Shown: positions 1 to 8,250 of the stretch, in pieces
Layout: the number at the start of each line of letters is the position of its first letter
Numbering within the stretch: the stretch's first letter is position 1
IMG/VR virus record: IMGVR_UViG_2778261447_000001
Location: 1-9,120 of that record
Reading direction: 5' to 3' (one strand)
Length of the DNA: 9,120 nt
Origin: a virus
Lineage: Duplodnaviria; Heunggongvirae; Uroviricota; Caudoviricetes
The notes under the pieces: generated by a model
The model's input: the letters and a program-made list of their open reading frames with translations, nothing else
What the model was told of the DNA's origin: nothing
Databases searched by the model: none
Translations under genes and position numbers: made by a program

Positions 1-130
1 ATGCTTCCATCGGAAACGATGATCTGGCAGCCTGAGTTCACAGATAAAACACTCTCCAGGAAACCCGGGGCGGTTCAATCAGGTTAAATTCACCAATACC
101 TACTGGCTGCAACAGCAGACCAAACAGGCG

Positions 131-553
131 TTGTATAACGGAGCCACACCAATTAGCTTCACAGCAACGGTTACTGCTGATGCTGATTCAGACAGCAGTG
201 GCGATGTGACGGTTACGCTTTCTGGTGTTCCGATTTATGACACTACAAACCCGCAGTACAACTCTGTAAGTCGTCAGGTAGCGGCAGGCGATGCCGTATC
301 TGTGGTAGGCACTGCTAGCCAGACAATGAAGCCAAACCTGTTCTATAACAAGTTCTTCTGTGGACTTGGCTCTATCCCACTACCGAAACTGCACAGTATT
401 GATTCTGCTGTTGCAACATATGAAGGTTTCTCTATCCGCGTACATAAATACGCAGATGGCGATGCCAACGTGCAAAAAATGCGCTTCGACTTACTGCCTG
501 CATATGTGTGCTTTAACCCTCACATGGGCGGTCAGTTCTTCGGTAATCCGTAA
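131..553 (+). CDS. Probable 3' portion of the major capsid (coat) gene; start codon unresolved. The frame is open from nt 23, and the first candidate start is TTG at 131.
   Basis: Long ORF with gene-like, beta-rich composition (T/S/V/G/A) ending at TAA 551-553, followed at once by a strong intrinsic terminator, as expected after a highly expressed capsid gene. It sits just upstream of the gp4-like gene, as coat does in P22-like phages. Similarity to my recalled P22 coat C-terminus is only loose. No ATG/GTG with a Shine-Dalgarno lies in frame. Confidence 0.5.
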   Translation: MYNGATPISFTATVTADADSDSSGDVTVTLSGVPIYDTTNPQYNSVSRQVAAGDAVSVVGTASQTMKPNLFYNKFFCGLGSIPLPKLHSIDSAVATYEGFSIRVHKYADGDANVQKMRFDLLPAYVCFNPHMGGQFFGNP

Positions 554-557
554 TAAC

Positions 558-584
558 AAGGGGCTTACGCCCCTTTTATGTTTT
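558..584 (+). terminator. Rho-independent terminator after the coat-like ORF
   Basis: Perfect 7-bp GC-rich stem AAGGGGC (558-564), loop TTAC, GCCCCTT (569-575), followed by T-tract TTTTATGTTTT. Confidence 0.65.
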
Positions 585-594
585 AAGGAAAAAT

Positions 595-780
595 ATGGAT
601 CGCATGAGTGTATTCCTTGCCGCAGATAACGAATCCGGGCATGTACAGGCCGTTATCGCAGAAAAAGACTTCCAGTTTTTCGAAAAGTTGGGCTTTGTTG
701 CCTCAGTTGATGAATTGAAACCGACCAGTAAGCGAGGTCGTAAGGCGGAAGACAATGGCAACAGTACTGACAAAGGGTGA
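595..780 (+). CDS. Small acidic hypothetical protein (61 aa)
   Basis: ATG at 595 preceded by a strong Shine-Dalgarno (AAGGAAAAATATG) immediately after the terminator. Overlaps the gp4-like start by 26 nt in another frame. No recognisable domain. Confidence 0.4.
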   Translation: MDRMSVFLAADNESGHVQAVIAEKDFQFFEKLGFVASVDELKPTSKRGRKAEDNGNSTDKG

Positions 781-1237
781 GATCGTCCTTTTTGCGCTTC
801 GTAAGTTTGCTATTGCTTCTAATGCATCGCTGACTGATGTTGAGCCGCAATCAATTGAAGATGGTGTAAATGATCTGGAAGATATGATGTCCGAGTGGAT
901 GATTAACCCCGGCGACATTGGTTACGCTTTCGCAACTGGAGATGAGCAACCATTACCAGATGATGAGTCAGGTCTTCCAAGAAAATACAAACACGCAGCA
1001 GGCTATCAGTTATTGCTGAGAATGCTATCTGATTACAGCCTTGAGCCAACTCCGCAAGTTCTCAGTAACGCCCAACGCTCATATGATGCCTTGATGACCG
1101 ACACTCTGGTTGTTCCTTCAATGCGACGACGTGGAGATTTTCCTGTAGGACAGGGTAATAAATATGACGTGTTTACATCTGACCGATATTATCCAGGCAA
1201 TCTCCCTCTGATTGATGGCGATATCCCAAACGCATAG
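755..1237 (+). CDS. P22 gp4-like head completion / tail accessory protein (160 aa)
   Basis: Motif ASLTDVEPQS and overall layout match my recollection of P22 gp4 (166 aa; ...ATLTDVEPQS...). Sits at the expected position before the gp10-like gene. Shine-Dalgarno AAGGCGGA upstream of the ATG. Confidence 0.8.
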   Translation: MATVLTKGEIVLFALRKFAIASNASLTDVEPQSIEDGVNDLEDMMSEWMINPGDIGYAFATGDEQPLPDDESGLPRKYKHAAGYQLLLRMLSDYSLEPTPQVLSNAQRSYDALMTDTLVVPSMRRRGDFPVGQGNKYDVFTSDRYYPGNLPLIDGDIPNA

Positions 1238-1245
1238 GTGAATAA

Positions 1246-2664
1246 ATGCCGATTCAGCAACTTCCGCTTATGAAAGGTGTCGGCAAAGACTTTCGAAACG
1301 CCGACTATATCGACTATCTGCCAGTGAATATGCTGGCTACACCCAAAGAAATCCTCAACAGCAGCGGATATCTTCGCTCATTCCCGGGCATTGCCAAACG
1401 TTCTGATGTGAACGGCGTATCGCGAGGCGTCGAGTACAACATGGCGCAGAATGCTGTTTATCGCGTGTGTGGTGGCAAGCTGTATAAGGGCGAAAGTGAA
1501 GTCGGTGATGTTGCCGGAAGTGGTCGCGTATCAATGGCGCATGGTCGGACATCACAGGCGGTAGGCGTTAATGGTCAACTGGTCGAGTATCGTTATGATG
1601 GCACGGTTAAAACAGTCTCAAACTGGCCTACAGACAGCGGATTCACGCAGTATGAGTTAGGTTCAGTTCGCGACATTACGCGCTTACGTGGGCGTTATGC
1701 GTGGTCAAAAGACGGAACTGATTCATGGTTTATCACTGACCTTGAAGACGAATCGCACCCTGACCGATACAGTGCACAATATCGCGCAGAATCGCAGCCG
1801 GACGGTATCCTCGGTATCGGGACATGGCGAGACTTCATCGTCTGCTTTGGTTCATCGACTATTGAATATTTCTCCCTGACTGGTGCAACCACTGTTGGTG
1901 CTGCTTTGTATGTCGCACAGCCATCACTGATGGTGCAGAAAGGTATTGCCGGGACTTACTGCAAAACGCCATTCGCTGATTCTTATGCGTTCATCAGCAA
2001 TCCGGCAACAGGTGCTCCGTCTGTATACATCATCGGATCCGGTCAGGTTTCACCAATCGCCAGCGCGAGCATTGAGAAAATTCTCCGCTCCTACACTGCT
2101 GATGAACTGGCTGATGGTGTGATGGAGTCTCTGCGATTTGATGCGCATGAGCTGCTGATTATCCATCTTCCGCGCCATGTTCTGGTGTACGACGCATCTT
2201 CAAGCGCCAATGGTCCGCAATGGTGTGTGCTGAAAACAGGTCTGTATGACGATGTGTACCGCGCTATCGACTTCATTTACGAAGGCAATCAGATAACGTG
2301 CGGCGATAAGCTGGAGTCCGTGACCGGGAAATTGCAATTCGACATCAGCAGCCAGTATGGGCTACAGCAAGAACACCTGCTGTTTACTCCGTTGTTCAAA
2401 GCGGATAACGCCAGATGCTTCGATCTGGAGGTGGAATCATCCACTGGCGTAGCTCAGTACGCCGACCGCCTGTTCCTCTCTGCAACCACTGACGGCATCA
2501 ATTACGGTCGTGAGCAGATGATTGAGCAGAATGAACCGTTCGTTTACGACAAACGCGTTTTGTGGAAGCGTGTCGGGCGCATCAGGAAAAATGTCGGCTT
2601 CAAATTGCGCGTTATCACTAAGTCACCTGTCACTCTGTCTGGCTGCCAGATAAGGATTGAGTAA
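1246..2664 (+). CDS. P22 gp10-like tail accessory (tail hub) protein, 472 aa
   Basis: Same length as P22 gp10 (472 aa) and same position between the gp4-like and needle genes. Shine-Dalgarno AGGTGA before the ATG. Stop overlaps the next start (TAATG). Confidence 0.8.
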   Translation: MPIQQLPLMKGVGKDFRNADYIDYLPVNMLATPKEILNSSGYLRSFPGIAKRSDVNGVSRGVEYNMAQNAVYRVCGGKLYKGESEVGDVAGSGRVSMAHGRTSQAVGVNGQLVEYRYDGTVKTVSNWPTDSGFTQYELGSVRDITRLRGRYAWSKDGTDSWFITDLEDESHPDRYSAQYRAESQPDGILGIGTWRDFIVCFGSSTIEYFSLTGATTVGAALYVAQPSLMVQKGIAGTYCKTPFADSYAFISNPATGAPSVYIIGSGQVSPIASASIEKILRSYTADELADGVMESLRFDAHELLIIHLPRHVLVYDASSSANGPQWCVLKTGLYDDVYRAIDFIYEGNQITCGDKLESVTGKLQFDISSQYGLQQEHLLFTPLFKADNARCFDLEVESSTGVAQYADRLFLSATTDGINYGREQMIEQNEPFVYDKRVLWKRVGRIRKNVGFKLRVITKSPVTLSGCQIRIE

Positions 2665-3365
2665 TGGCGGATTCGAATCTCAATGTGCCGGTAATCATCC
2701 AAGCTACGCGGCTCGATACATCAATCCTTCCACGCAATATATTCAGCCAGTCTTACCTGCTGTATGTCATAAATCAGGGTGCTGATGTTGGCGCAATTGC
2801 CGGGAAGGCAAATCAGGCTGGTCAGGGCGCTTACGATGCTCAGGTAAAAAACGATGAACAGGACGTCGAACTGGCAGATCACGACGCAAGAATCACCGCA
2901 AACACAAAAGCGATAAATCTCCTTGAGGTCAGGTTAACAACCGCCGAAGGGAAGATAGTCGTACTGCGTAGCGATGTTGATTACTTGCTGGATGAGGTTA
3001 TCGATATTCAGGCGCATCTGGTCACTGTTGACCAAAGACTGGATGGCGTAGAAAGCGATGTATCTGACATTAAGAGTGATTACGTATCGAAAACCGTAAC
3101 CGAATCGCAGTCTCTTGCGTCACCGCTGGATGTAAAAACATCATATTCAGTTGATGGAATTCAGGTCGTTGGAGCAAGGCAGACCGGATGGACTGCAGCC
3201 ACAGGTACGCCACTTCTTGGCTCATTCAACGCAAACCAGTCATACACTGTCGGCACTACGTACACGCAATCCGAAGTCGCAGCTCTCGCTACAGGTTTGC
3301 AGCAGGCGCGGCAGCGTATTCTGGCGCTTGAAACGGCACTTAGATTACATGGGCTGATTGACTGA
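2664..3365 (+). CDS. P22 gp26-like tail needle (plug) protein, 233 aa
   Basis: N-terminus ([25 protein letters not shown]...[35 protein letters not shown]) and C-terminus (...[15 protein letters not shown]...[21 protein letters not shown]) match recalled P22 gp26. Identical length of 233 aa. Start overlaps the gp10-like stop. Confidence 0.9.
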   Translation: MADSNLNVPVIIQATRLDTSILPRNIFSQSYLLYVINQGADVGAIAGKANQAGQGAYDAQVKNDEQDVELADHDARITANTKAINLLEVRLTTAEGKIVVLRSDVDYLLDEVIDIQAHLVTVDQRLDGVESDVSDIKSDYVSKTVTESQSLASPLDVKTSYSVDGIQVVGARQTGWTAATGTPLLGSFNANQSYTVGTTYTQSEVAALATGLQQARQRILALETALRLHGLID

Positions 3366-3820
3366 TGATTACATTCAAACCAACGCGAAACATCGACCTG
3401 ATCGAAGCAGTAGGAAATCACCCTGACATTATCGCCGGGAGCAACAACGGTGATGGATACGACTACAAACCTGATTGCCGTTACTTTGAGGTGAACGTGC
3501 ACGGGCAGTTCGGCGGCATTGTTTACTATCAGGAGATTCAGCCGCTGACATTCGATTGCCACGCAATGTACCTGCCAGAGATTCGCGGCTTCAGCAAGGA
3601 AATCGGGCTGGCGTTCTGGCGATACATTCTGACTAACACCACCGTTCAGTGCGTCACATCGTTCGCCGCACGCAAATTCCGCCACGGGCAGATTTACTGC
3701 GCAATGATTGGCCTTAAGCGTGTCGGAACCATCAAGAAATACTTTAAAGGCGTTGATGACGTGACTTTTTACAGCGCCACACGCGAAGAACTAATCGACT
3801 TCCTGAATCACGGGAGATAG
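3365..3820 (+). CDS. Hypothetical virion protein at the P22 gene-14 position (151 aa)
   Basis: ORF translationally coupled to the needle gene (TGATG overlap) and lying between the needle and gp7-like genes. I do not confidently recognise the sequence. Confidence 0.55.
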   Translation: MITFKPTRNIDLIEAVGNHPDIIAGSNNGDGYDYKPDCRYFEVNVHGQFGGIVYYQEIQPLTFDCHAMYLPEIRGFSKEIGLAFWRYILTNTTVQCVTSFAARKFRHGQIYCAMIGLKRVGTIKKYFKGVDDVTFYSATREELIDFLNHGR

Positions 3821-3822
3821 CC

Positions 3823-4515
3823 ATGTTATATGCATTTAAGCTGGGCAGAAAACTGCGCGGCGAGGAACCTTATTGCCCTGAAAAAGGCGGGAAAGGTGGC
3901 AGTTCTGATAAAAGCGCAAAGTATGCAGCAGAAGCTCAGAAGTATGCCGCAGACCTGCAAAATCAGCAGTGGCAGACGATCATGAAAAACCTTGCTCCGT
4001 TCACGCCTCTTGCGGAGCAGTATGTTAACCAGCTTCAGAACCTTTCCAGTTTAGAAGGTCAGGGGCAGGCACTTAATCAGTATTACAACTCTCAGCAGTA
4101 TAAAGACCTTGCAGGTCAGGCTCGTTACCAGAGTCTTGCTGCTGCGGAGGCTACGGGAGGACTTGGTTCGACAGCCACAAGCAATCAACTGGCTACGATC
4201 GCGCCGACTCTCGGTCAGTCTTGGTTGTCAAACCAGATGAGCAATTACAACAATCTGGCAAACGTTGGGCTTGGTGCTCTGCAAGGTCAGGCAAACGCCG
4301 GGCAGACGTACGCCAACAACATGAGCAGCATTGCACAGCAAAGCGCAGCTCTTGCCGCTGCTAATGCCAATAAACCATCAAGTCTTCAGACTGCAATTAG
4401 CGGTGGCACGTCTGGTGCGATTGCCGGTGCAGGTCTTGCCAGCCTTTTGGGAACATCAACGCCTTGGGGCGCTGGCATTGGTGCTGGTATCGGATTGCTT
4501 GGCTCGTTGTTTTAA
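3823..4515 (+). CDS. P22 gp7-like ejection (E) protein, 230 aa
   Basis: Position and size match P22 gp7 (229 aa). Q/N/A-rich body with a Gly/Ala-rich hydrophobic C-terminal tail (GAIAGAGLASLLG...GAGIGAGIGLLGSLF). Shine-Dalgarno GGGAGA before the ATG. Confidence 0.75.
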   Translation: MLYAFKLGRKLRGEEPYCPEKGGKGGSSDKSAKYAAEAQKYAADLQNQQWQTIMKNLAPFTPLAEQYVNQLQNLSSLEGQGQALNQYYNSQQYKDLAGQARYQSLAAAEATGGLGSTATSNQLATIAPTLGQSWLSNQMSNYNNLANVGLGALQGQANAGQTYANNMSSIAQQSAALAAANANKPSSLQTAISGGTSGAIAGAGLASLLGTSTPWGAGIGAGIGLLGSLF

Positions 4516-4524
4516 GGGGTAATC

Positions 4525-5856
4525 ATGGCTACTTGGCAAGGAACAAACGGCGGATTGTTGGCTGGTATCGGCGGCGTCAACTCAAACGCTCCGAGCGTAA
4601 ATGACATCGGCAATACGCTTCAGCTTATCAGGCAGAACAATGATATTGAGCGTTCAGGCGCTAACAATGTTGGGCTGACTGCTTTGCAAGGCCTTTCAGG
4701 TATTGCGGGGGTGTTTCAGCAGGAAAAGCAGGCTCAGCGGCAGAAAGAATTTCAGCAGGCATACGCTAATGCTTATGCGTCTGGTGATCGCGGTGCTTTG
4801 CGTCAGTTAGCTACTCAATATCCAGACCAGATTGAATCCGTTCGTAAAGGCATGGGATTCATTGATGAAGAGCAGCGCAATTCTATCGGCACCTTAGCGG
4901 CTGGCGCACGCCTTGCGTCATCGTCTCCTGATGCGATGGCTAACTGGCTGCAATCTAACGCCGGTGAGTTAGCTCGTGTTGGCGTTAATCCTCAGGATGT
5001 CGCTCAGATGTACCAACAGAACCCGCAGCAGTTCGGCGAATTTGTCGATCACCTGGGGATGGCCAGTCTCGGACCCGAAAAATACTTTGACCTTCAGGAT
5101 AAAATGCAGGGTCGCCAGGTGACCATGCGCGGTCAGGATCTGGATTCGCAAACCGCCGCCCGGAATCAGGCAATCACAATGCGTGGGCAAGATATCCAGG
5201 CAAATTTAGGTCAGCAGCGCATTAATCTGGACGCAGAAACAAACCGCATTAACAACGAAAATAAGCACCTTGACCGGATGCTATCAGCAGAAACTAACGA
5301 CCTGAAGCGCCAGGAAATACAGAGCCGCATAGCAGCCAACAACCAGAAGTTGCAGCAGAAGCAGCAAGAGCTAAATGATGGCTACAAAGACGGCATCAAC
5401 ACTCTCACAACCAGCATGTTCACTCTGAACGATATCGTTAATTCTCCTGCACTTAAGAGCATTACAGGCTTACGTGGAGCAATCCCCAACGTTCCAGGCT
5501 CACAAGCTGCAGACACTCAGGCGCGACTTGATACCTTTAAATCCCAAGCATACCTGACAGCGGTTCAGGCCATGCGAGGCATGGGCGCACTTTCTGATGC
5601 CGAGGGCAAAAAGCTCGACCAGGCTGTTGGTTCGCTGCAGAACTCACAGAGCGAGGAGTCCTTTCGTCGCAACGCTGGCGTCATCCTGAACACGCTCAAC
5701 CAGAAGCGTAATGAGGCGGTTGGTAAGTACGTTCAGCAAAACGGTATCAAGCGAGTGGAAGCGCCTCAGGCTTCTATAGATTACCTGAAGCAGCACCCCG
5801 AGCTGTCAATCGACTTCATTAATCGCTACGGATATCTTCCATCTTTGGGGCAGTAA
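4525..5856 (+). CDS. P22 gp20-like ejection protein, 443 aa
   Basis: Second of three consecutive ejection-protein genes (P22 order 7-20-16). Shine-Dalgarno AAGGGG before the ATG. Q/N-rich with internal short repeats. Confidence 0.7.
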   Translation: MATWQGTNGGLLAGIGGVNSNAPSVNDIGNTLQLIRQNNDIERSGANNVGLTALQGLSGIAGVFQQEKQAQRQKEFQQAYANAYASGDRGALRQLATQYPDQIESVRKGMGFIDEEQRNSIGTLAAGARLASSSPDAMANWLQSNAGELARVGVNPQDVAQMYQQNPQQFGEFVDHLGMASLGPEKYFDLQDKMQGRQVTMRGQDLDSQTAARNQAITMRGQDIQANLGQQRINLDAETNRINNENKHLDRMLSAETNDLKRQEIQSRIAANNQKLQQKQQELNDGYKDGINTLTTSMFTLNDIVNSPALKSITGLRGAIPNVPGSQAADTQARLDTFKSQAYLTAVQAMRGMGALSDAEGKKLDQAVGSLQNSQSEESFRRNAGVILNTLNQKRNEAVGKYVQQNGIKRVEAPQASIDYLKQHPELSIDFINRYGYLPSLGQ

Positions 5857-8250
5857 ATGGCTAATTACCGTGATTTGTTAGAGCAGGCTGGCGCACGTTA
5901 CGGTGTGCCAGAAGGGTTGATGACTGCACTGGGTGCCAAGGAGTCTTCTTACAACCCTGCCGCAGTAAGCTCCGCCGGGGCTGTAGGATTGACTCAGGTC
6001 ATGCCTGGGACATGGCGTGATATGGGTTATACCGATGAGCAAATGCAAAACCCCGAATATCAGGCTGACGCTGGCGCGCGCTATCTGGCAAAGATGTACC
6101 AGCAGTTTGGTAACTGGCGTGACGCTCTTCAGGCTTATCACGACGGTCCCGGCAACGTTATGAAGGCAAAGCGTGGTGAATATACGCCAGGACCTGAAGG
6201 CCGCGGTTACGTTGATGATCGCTTTGCTCAATGGGCGGGTGACCCGGTGACAGACTCAACAGTCGAACAGCGCGCCACCTCTGCAAAGGTACATCCTCAG
6301 CAAGACCCTAACAACCCGTTTGCACAACTGGAAGCACAGTCATCCGAACAAGTATCGGCATCAGGCGTGCAGTCAGACCCAAATAATCCATTTGCTCAGA
6401 TTGAGCAGCAGGCAGCCAGTCAGCAGCCACCTCAACCCGTAAGTTCTGTCGCACCGAAACCTGTTCAGCAGCAAGGCGGAATAATGTCTGACCTTGGTAA
6501 TGGACTTGCTGAAACCGGGCGCGGCTTACTACAGGCAGGAATCAACGTAGCGAACATACCTTCTGAACTCACTGATGCTGTAACAAGCGCGGCGGCTTGG
6601 GCTGGCGGTAAACTCGGTATTGGCGATGGTACATATCAACCAGCACCACGAGTAACAACGCAGGGATTAGAGCAGGACTTTGGCCTTAAGCAAGGCGCGC
6701 TGACTCCACAAACGACAGAGGGAAGGGTATTTGCTGAAGCATTGCCTTACCTCACTCCCGCTGGCATTGAGAGAGCGGCAACACAGGCACCAACACTTGC
6801 TGGTCGAATTGCTCAGGGGGCAACTCGCCTTCTAGCAGAAAACGCAGTTGGATCACTTGCTGCAAATAGTGCGAAAGATGATGCGGAAGCACTCGCCACC
6901 GATTTAGGCGTTGGTGTACTTGCTGGCGGTGCTATTAACGCTGCCGGACGTGGATTAGGTGCTGCTTATCGTGGCGTTCGTGGTGCTATCGCGCCAGAAG
7001 CGCAGCAGGCTATCAGATTTGCAGAGCGTGAAGGAGTTCCTCTGCACACCACAGACCTGTTACAACCCACTTCCCGCGTCGGAAAAATGGCGCAGACTAC
7101 AGCAGAAAATATCCCTCTGGCTGGCACAAGCGGAATGAGAGCAACGCAACAGGAAGCGAGAAGCCAGTTGGTGCAGAGATTTGCCGATAAATTCGGTGAG
7201 TATGATCCAGCGGTTGTTATTGACAGCCTTAAAGCGAAAACATCAGGAATTCGTCGTGCCGCCGGTAATCGACTGGAGCAGGTACAGAATGCAATGGCAG
7301 GAATCAACATTCAACCTGCCAGAGCAATTCAGCAGATAGATACTGAGATATCTAACCTGCAGAAGCTTGGTAAGGTCGCTGATAACGAGACGATTTCAAA
7401 ACTTCAATCCTATCGTGATGAGCTTATTCGCAATGCTGGTCCTGATGGTCCGGTAAATCTGGATTTGAAGCAATTAAGCGATCTACGCAGCCAGTTCAGA
7501 ATGGACGTGAAGGGTGAGCGACCAGTGTTACCAAACCGCTCCGATGCCGCCATTCAGCGCGTTTACAAGGCGATGACAGACGATATCAATGGTGCCATTG
7601 GTCAGAATCTTGGCAATGATACTCTCCGTAAATATCAGCAGGCCAATGCCGTCTACGCTGACGAAGCAGCGAAACTAAAGAATACCAGGCTGAAGAATGT
7701 TCTCATGAAAGGCGACCTGACACCGGAAGTTGTCAACAACATGCTATTCAGCAAGAACAAATCGGAAATTAAGACGCTGTATAACTCAGTTGGTCGTGTT
7801 GGCAGGGCGCAAATGCGCAATGGCATCATTGGGAAGGCGATGGAGAAATCTGGCGGATCCCCTGACCAGTTCCTTCGACAGCTTAACATCCTGCAAAACC
7901 AGACTGGCATCACATTTAAGGGGCAGGACGCTGCTTATCTGAAAGGATTGAAAAACTACCTGCAATCCACGCAGCAGGCTGCAAAAGCGGCAGTAACAAC
8001 ACCAACAGGGCAGCAAACCATCCCGTTCATTATCGGATATGGGACAGCAATGAACCCTGCGACAACTGGCGCAGCAGTAAGCTACGGACTTCTTACTCGC
8101 GCCTATGAGAGTGAGCCATTCAGAAATGCAATGCTCCGAATGGCAAACACCCCACGCGGATCAACAGCGTTTGAGAAAGCCATGCAGCAGGCGCAAAAGG
8201 CCATTAACGCTCTGACGCAGGGGGCTAAGTCTGATGCGTTGTCAGAATAG
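5857..8250 (+). CDS. gp16-like ejection protein with an N-terminal lytic transglycosylase (SLT/GH23) domain, 797 aa
   Basis: ATG abuts the gp20-like stop (TAAATG). The N-terminal ~120 aa carry SLT motifs: catalytic Glu in AKESSYNP, then GLTQVMPGTW and AYHDGPGN. The remaining ~600 aa match the size and position of P22 gp16 (609 aa). Confidence 0.85.
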   Translation: MANYRDLLEQAGARYGVPEGLMTALGAKESSYNPAAVSSAGAVGLTQVMPGTWRDMGYTDEQMQNPEYQADAGARYLAKMYQQFGNWRDALQAYHDGPGNVMKAKRGEYTPGPEGRGYVDDRFAQWAGDPVTDSTVEQRATSAKVHPQQDPNNPFAQLEAQSSEQVSASGVQSDPNNPFAQIEQQAASQQPPQPVSSVAPKPVQQQGGIMSDLGNGLAETGRGLLQAGINVANIPSELTDAVTSAAAWAGGKLGIGDGTYQPAPRVTTQGLEQDFGLKQGALTPQTTEGRVFAEALPYLTPAGIERAATQAPTLAGRIAQGATRLLAENAVGSLAANSAKDDAEALATDLGVGVLAGGAINAAGRGLGAAYRGVRGAIAPEAQQAIRFAEREGVPLHTTDLLQPTSRVGKMAQTTAENIPLAGTSGMRATQQEARSQLVQRFADKFGEYDPAVVIDSLKAKTSGIRRAAGNRLEQVQNAMAGINIQPARAIQQIDTEISNLQKLGKVADNETISKLQSYRDELIRNAGPDGPVNLDLKQLSDLRSQFRMDVKGERPVLPNRSDAAIQRVYKAMTDDINGAIGQNLGNDTLRKYQQANAVYADEAAKLKNTRLKNVLMKGDLTPEVVNNMLFSKNKSEIKTLYNSVGRVGRAQMRNGIIGKAMEKSGGSPDQFLRQLNILQNQTGITFKGQDAAYLKGLKNYLQSTQQAAKAAVTTPTGQQTIPFIIGYGTAMNPATTGAAVSYGLLTRAYESEPFRNAMLRMANTPRGSTAFEKAMQQAQKAINALTQGAKSDALSE
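6304..6411 (+). repeat. Tandem duplication of a short peptide motif (DPNNPFAQ[L/I]E) in the linker of the gp16-like protein, period 72 nt
   Basis: gaccctaacaacccgtttgcacaactggaa (6304-) and gacccaaataatccatttgctcagattgag (6376-) encode QDPNNPFAQLE and SDPNNPFAQIE. The two copies differ mostly at synonymous positions. Confidence 0.6.

Noticed and set aside
1-87. Frame-1 ORF starting with ATG at nt 1 (MLPSETMIWQ...AVQSG*)
   Set aside because: The ATG at position 1 is an artefact of where the window was cut. This stretch is more likely the interior of the upstream capsid gene (see the frame-discontinuity finding) than a 28-codon gene.
360-629. 89-aa + strand ORF in an alternative frame
   Set aside because: Nested out of frame inside the coat-like ORF and spans the terminator hairpin. 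Cys-rich. Rejected in favour of the 131-553 frame.
576-918. Three overlapping - strand ORFs (576-773, 653-850, 703-918)
   Set aside because: Antisense to the gp4-like gene and the small + ORF. No ribosome-binding sites; composition not protein-like.
1355-1892. Short ORFs inside the gp10-like gene (1355-1555 -, 1688-1879 +, 1695-1892 -; also 2091-2276 -)
   Set aside because: Embedded in a conserved 472-codon gene in other frames; His/Arg/Cys-rich shadow ORFs.
3151-3357. 68-aa + strand ORF (also 4331-4522 + and 4969-5190 -)
   Set aside because: Alternative-frame ORFs inside the needle, gp7-like and gp20-like genes. No independent start signals.
3161-3685. 174-aa ORF on the - strand
   Set aside because: Antisense to the needle and gene-14-position genes, Cys/Arg-rich, with no ribosome-binding site. 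Typical shadow ORF.
5878-6231. 117-aa ORF on the - strand
   Set aside because: Antisense to the SLT domain, whose + strand frame carries clear catalytic motifs.
6966-7310. 114-aa ORF on the - strand (also 7653-7913 and 7786-8016 on the - strand, 7730-7942 on the + strand)
   Set aside because: All lie inside the 797-codon gp16-like gene in alternative or antisense frames, with Cys/Arg-rich composition typical of out-of-frame translation.
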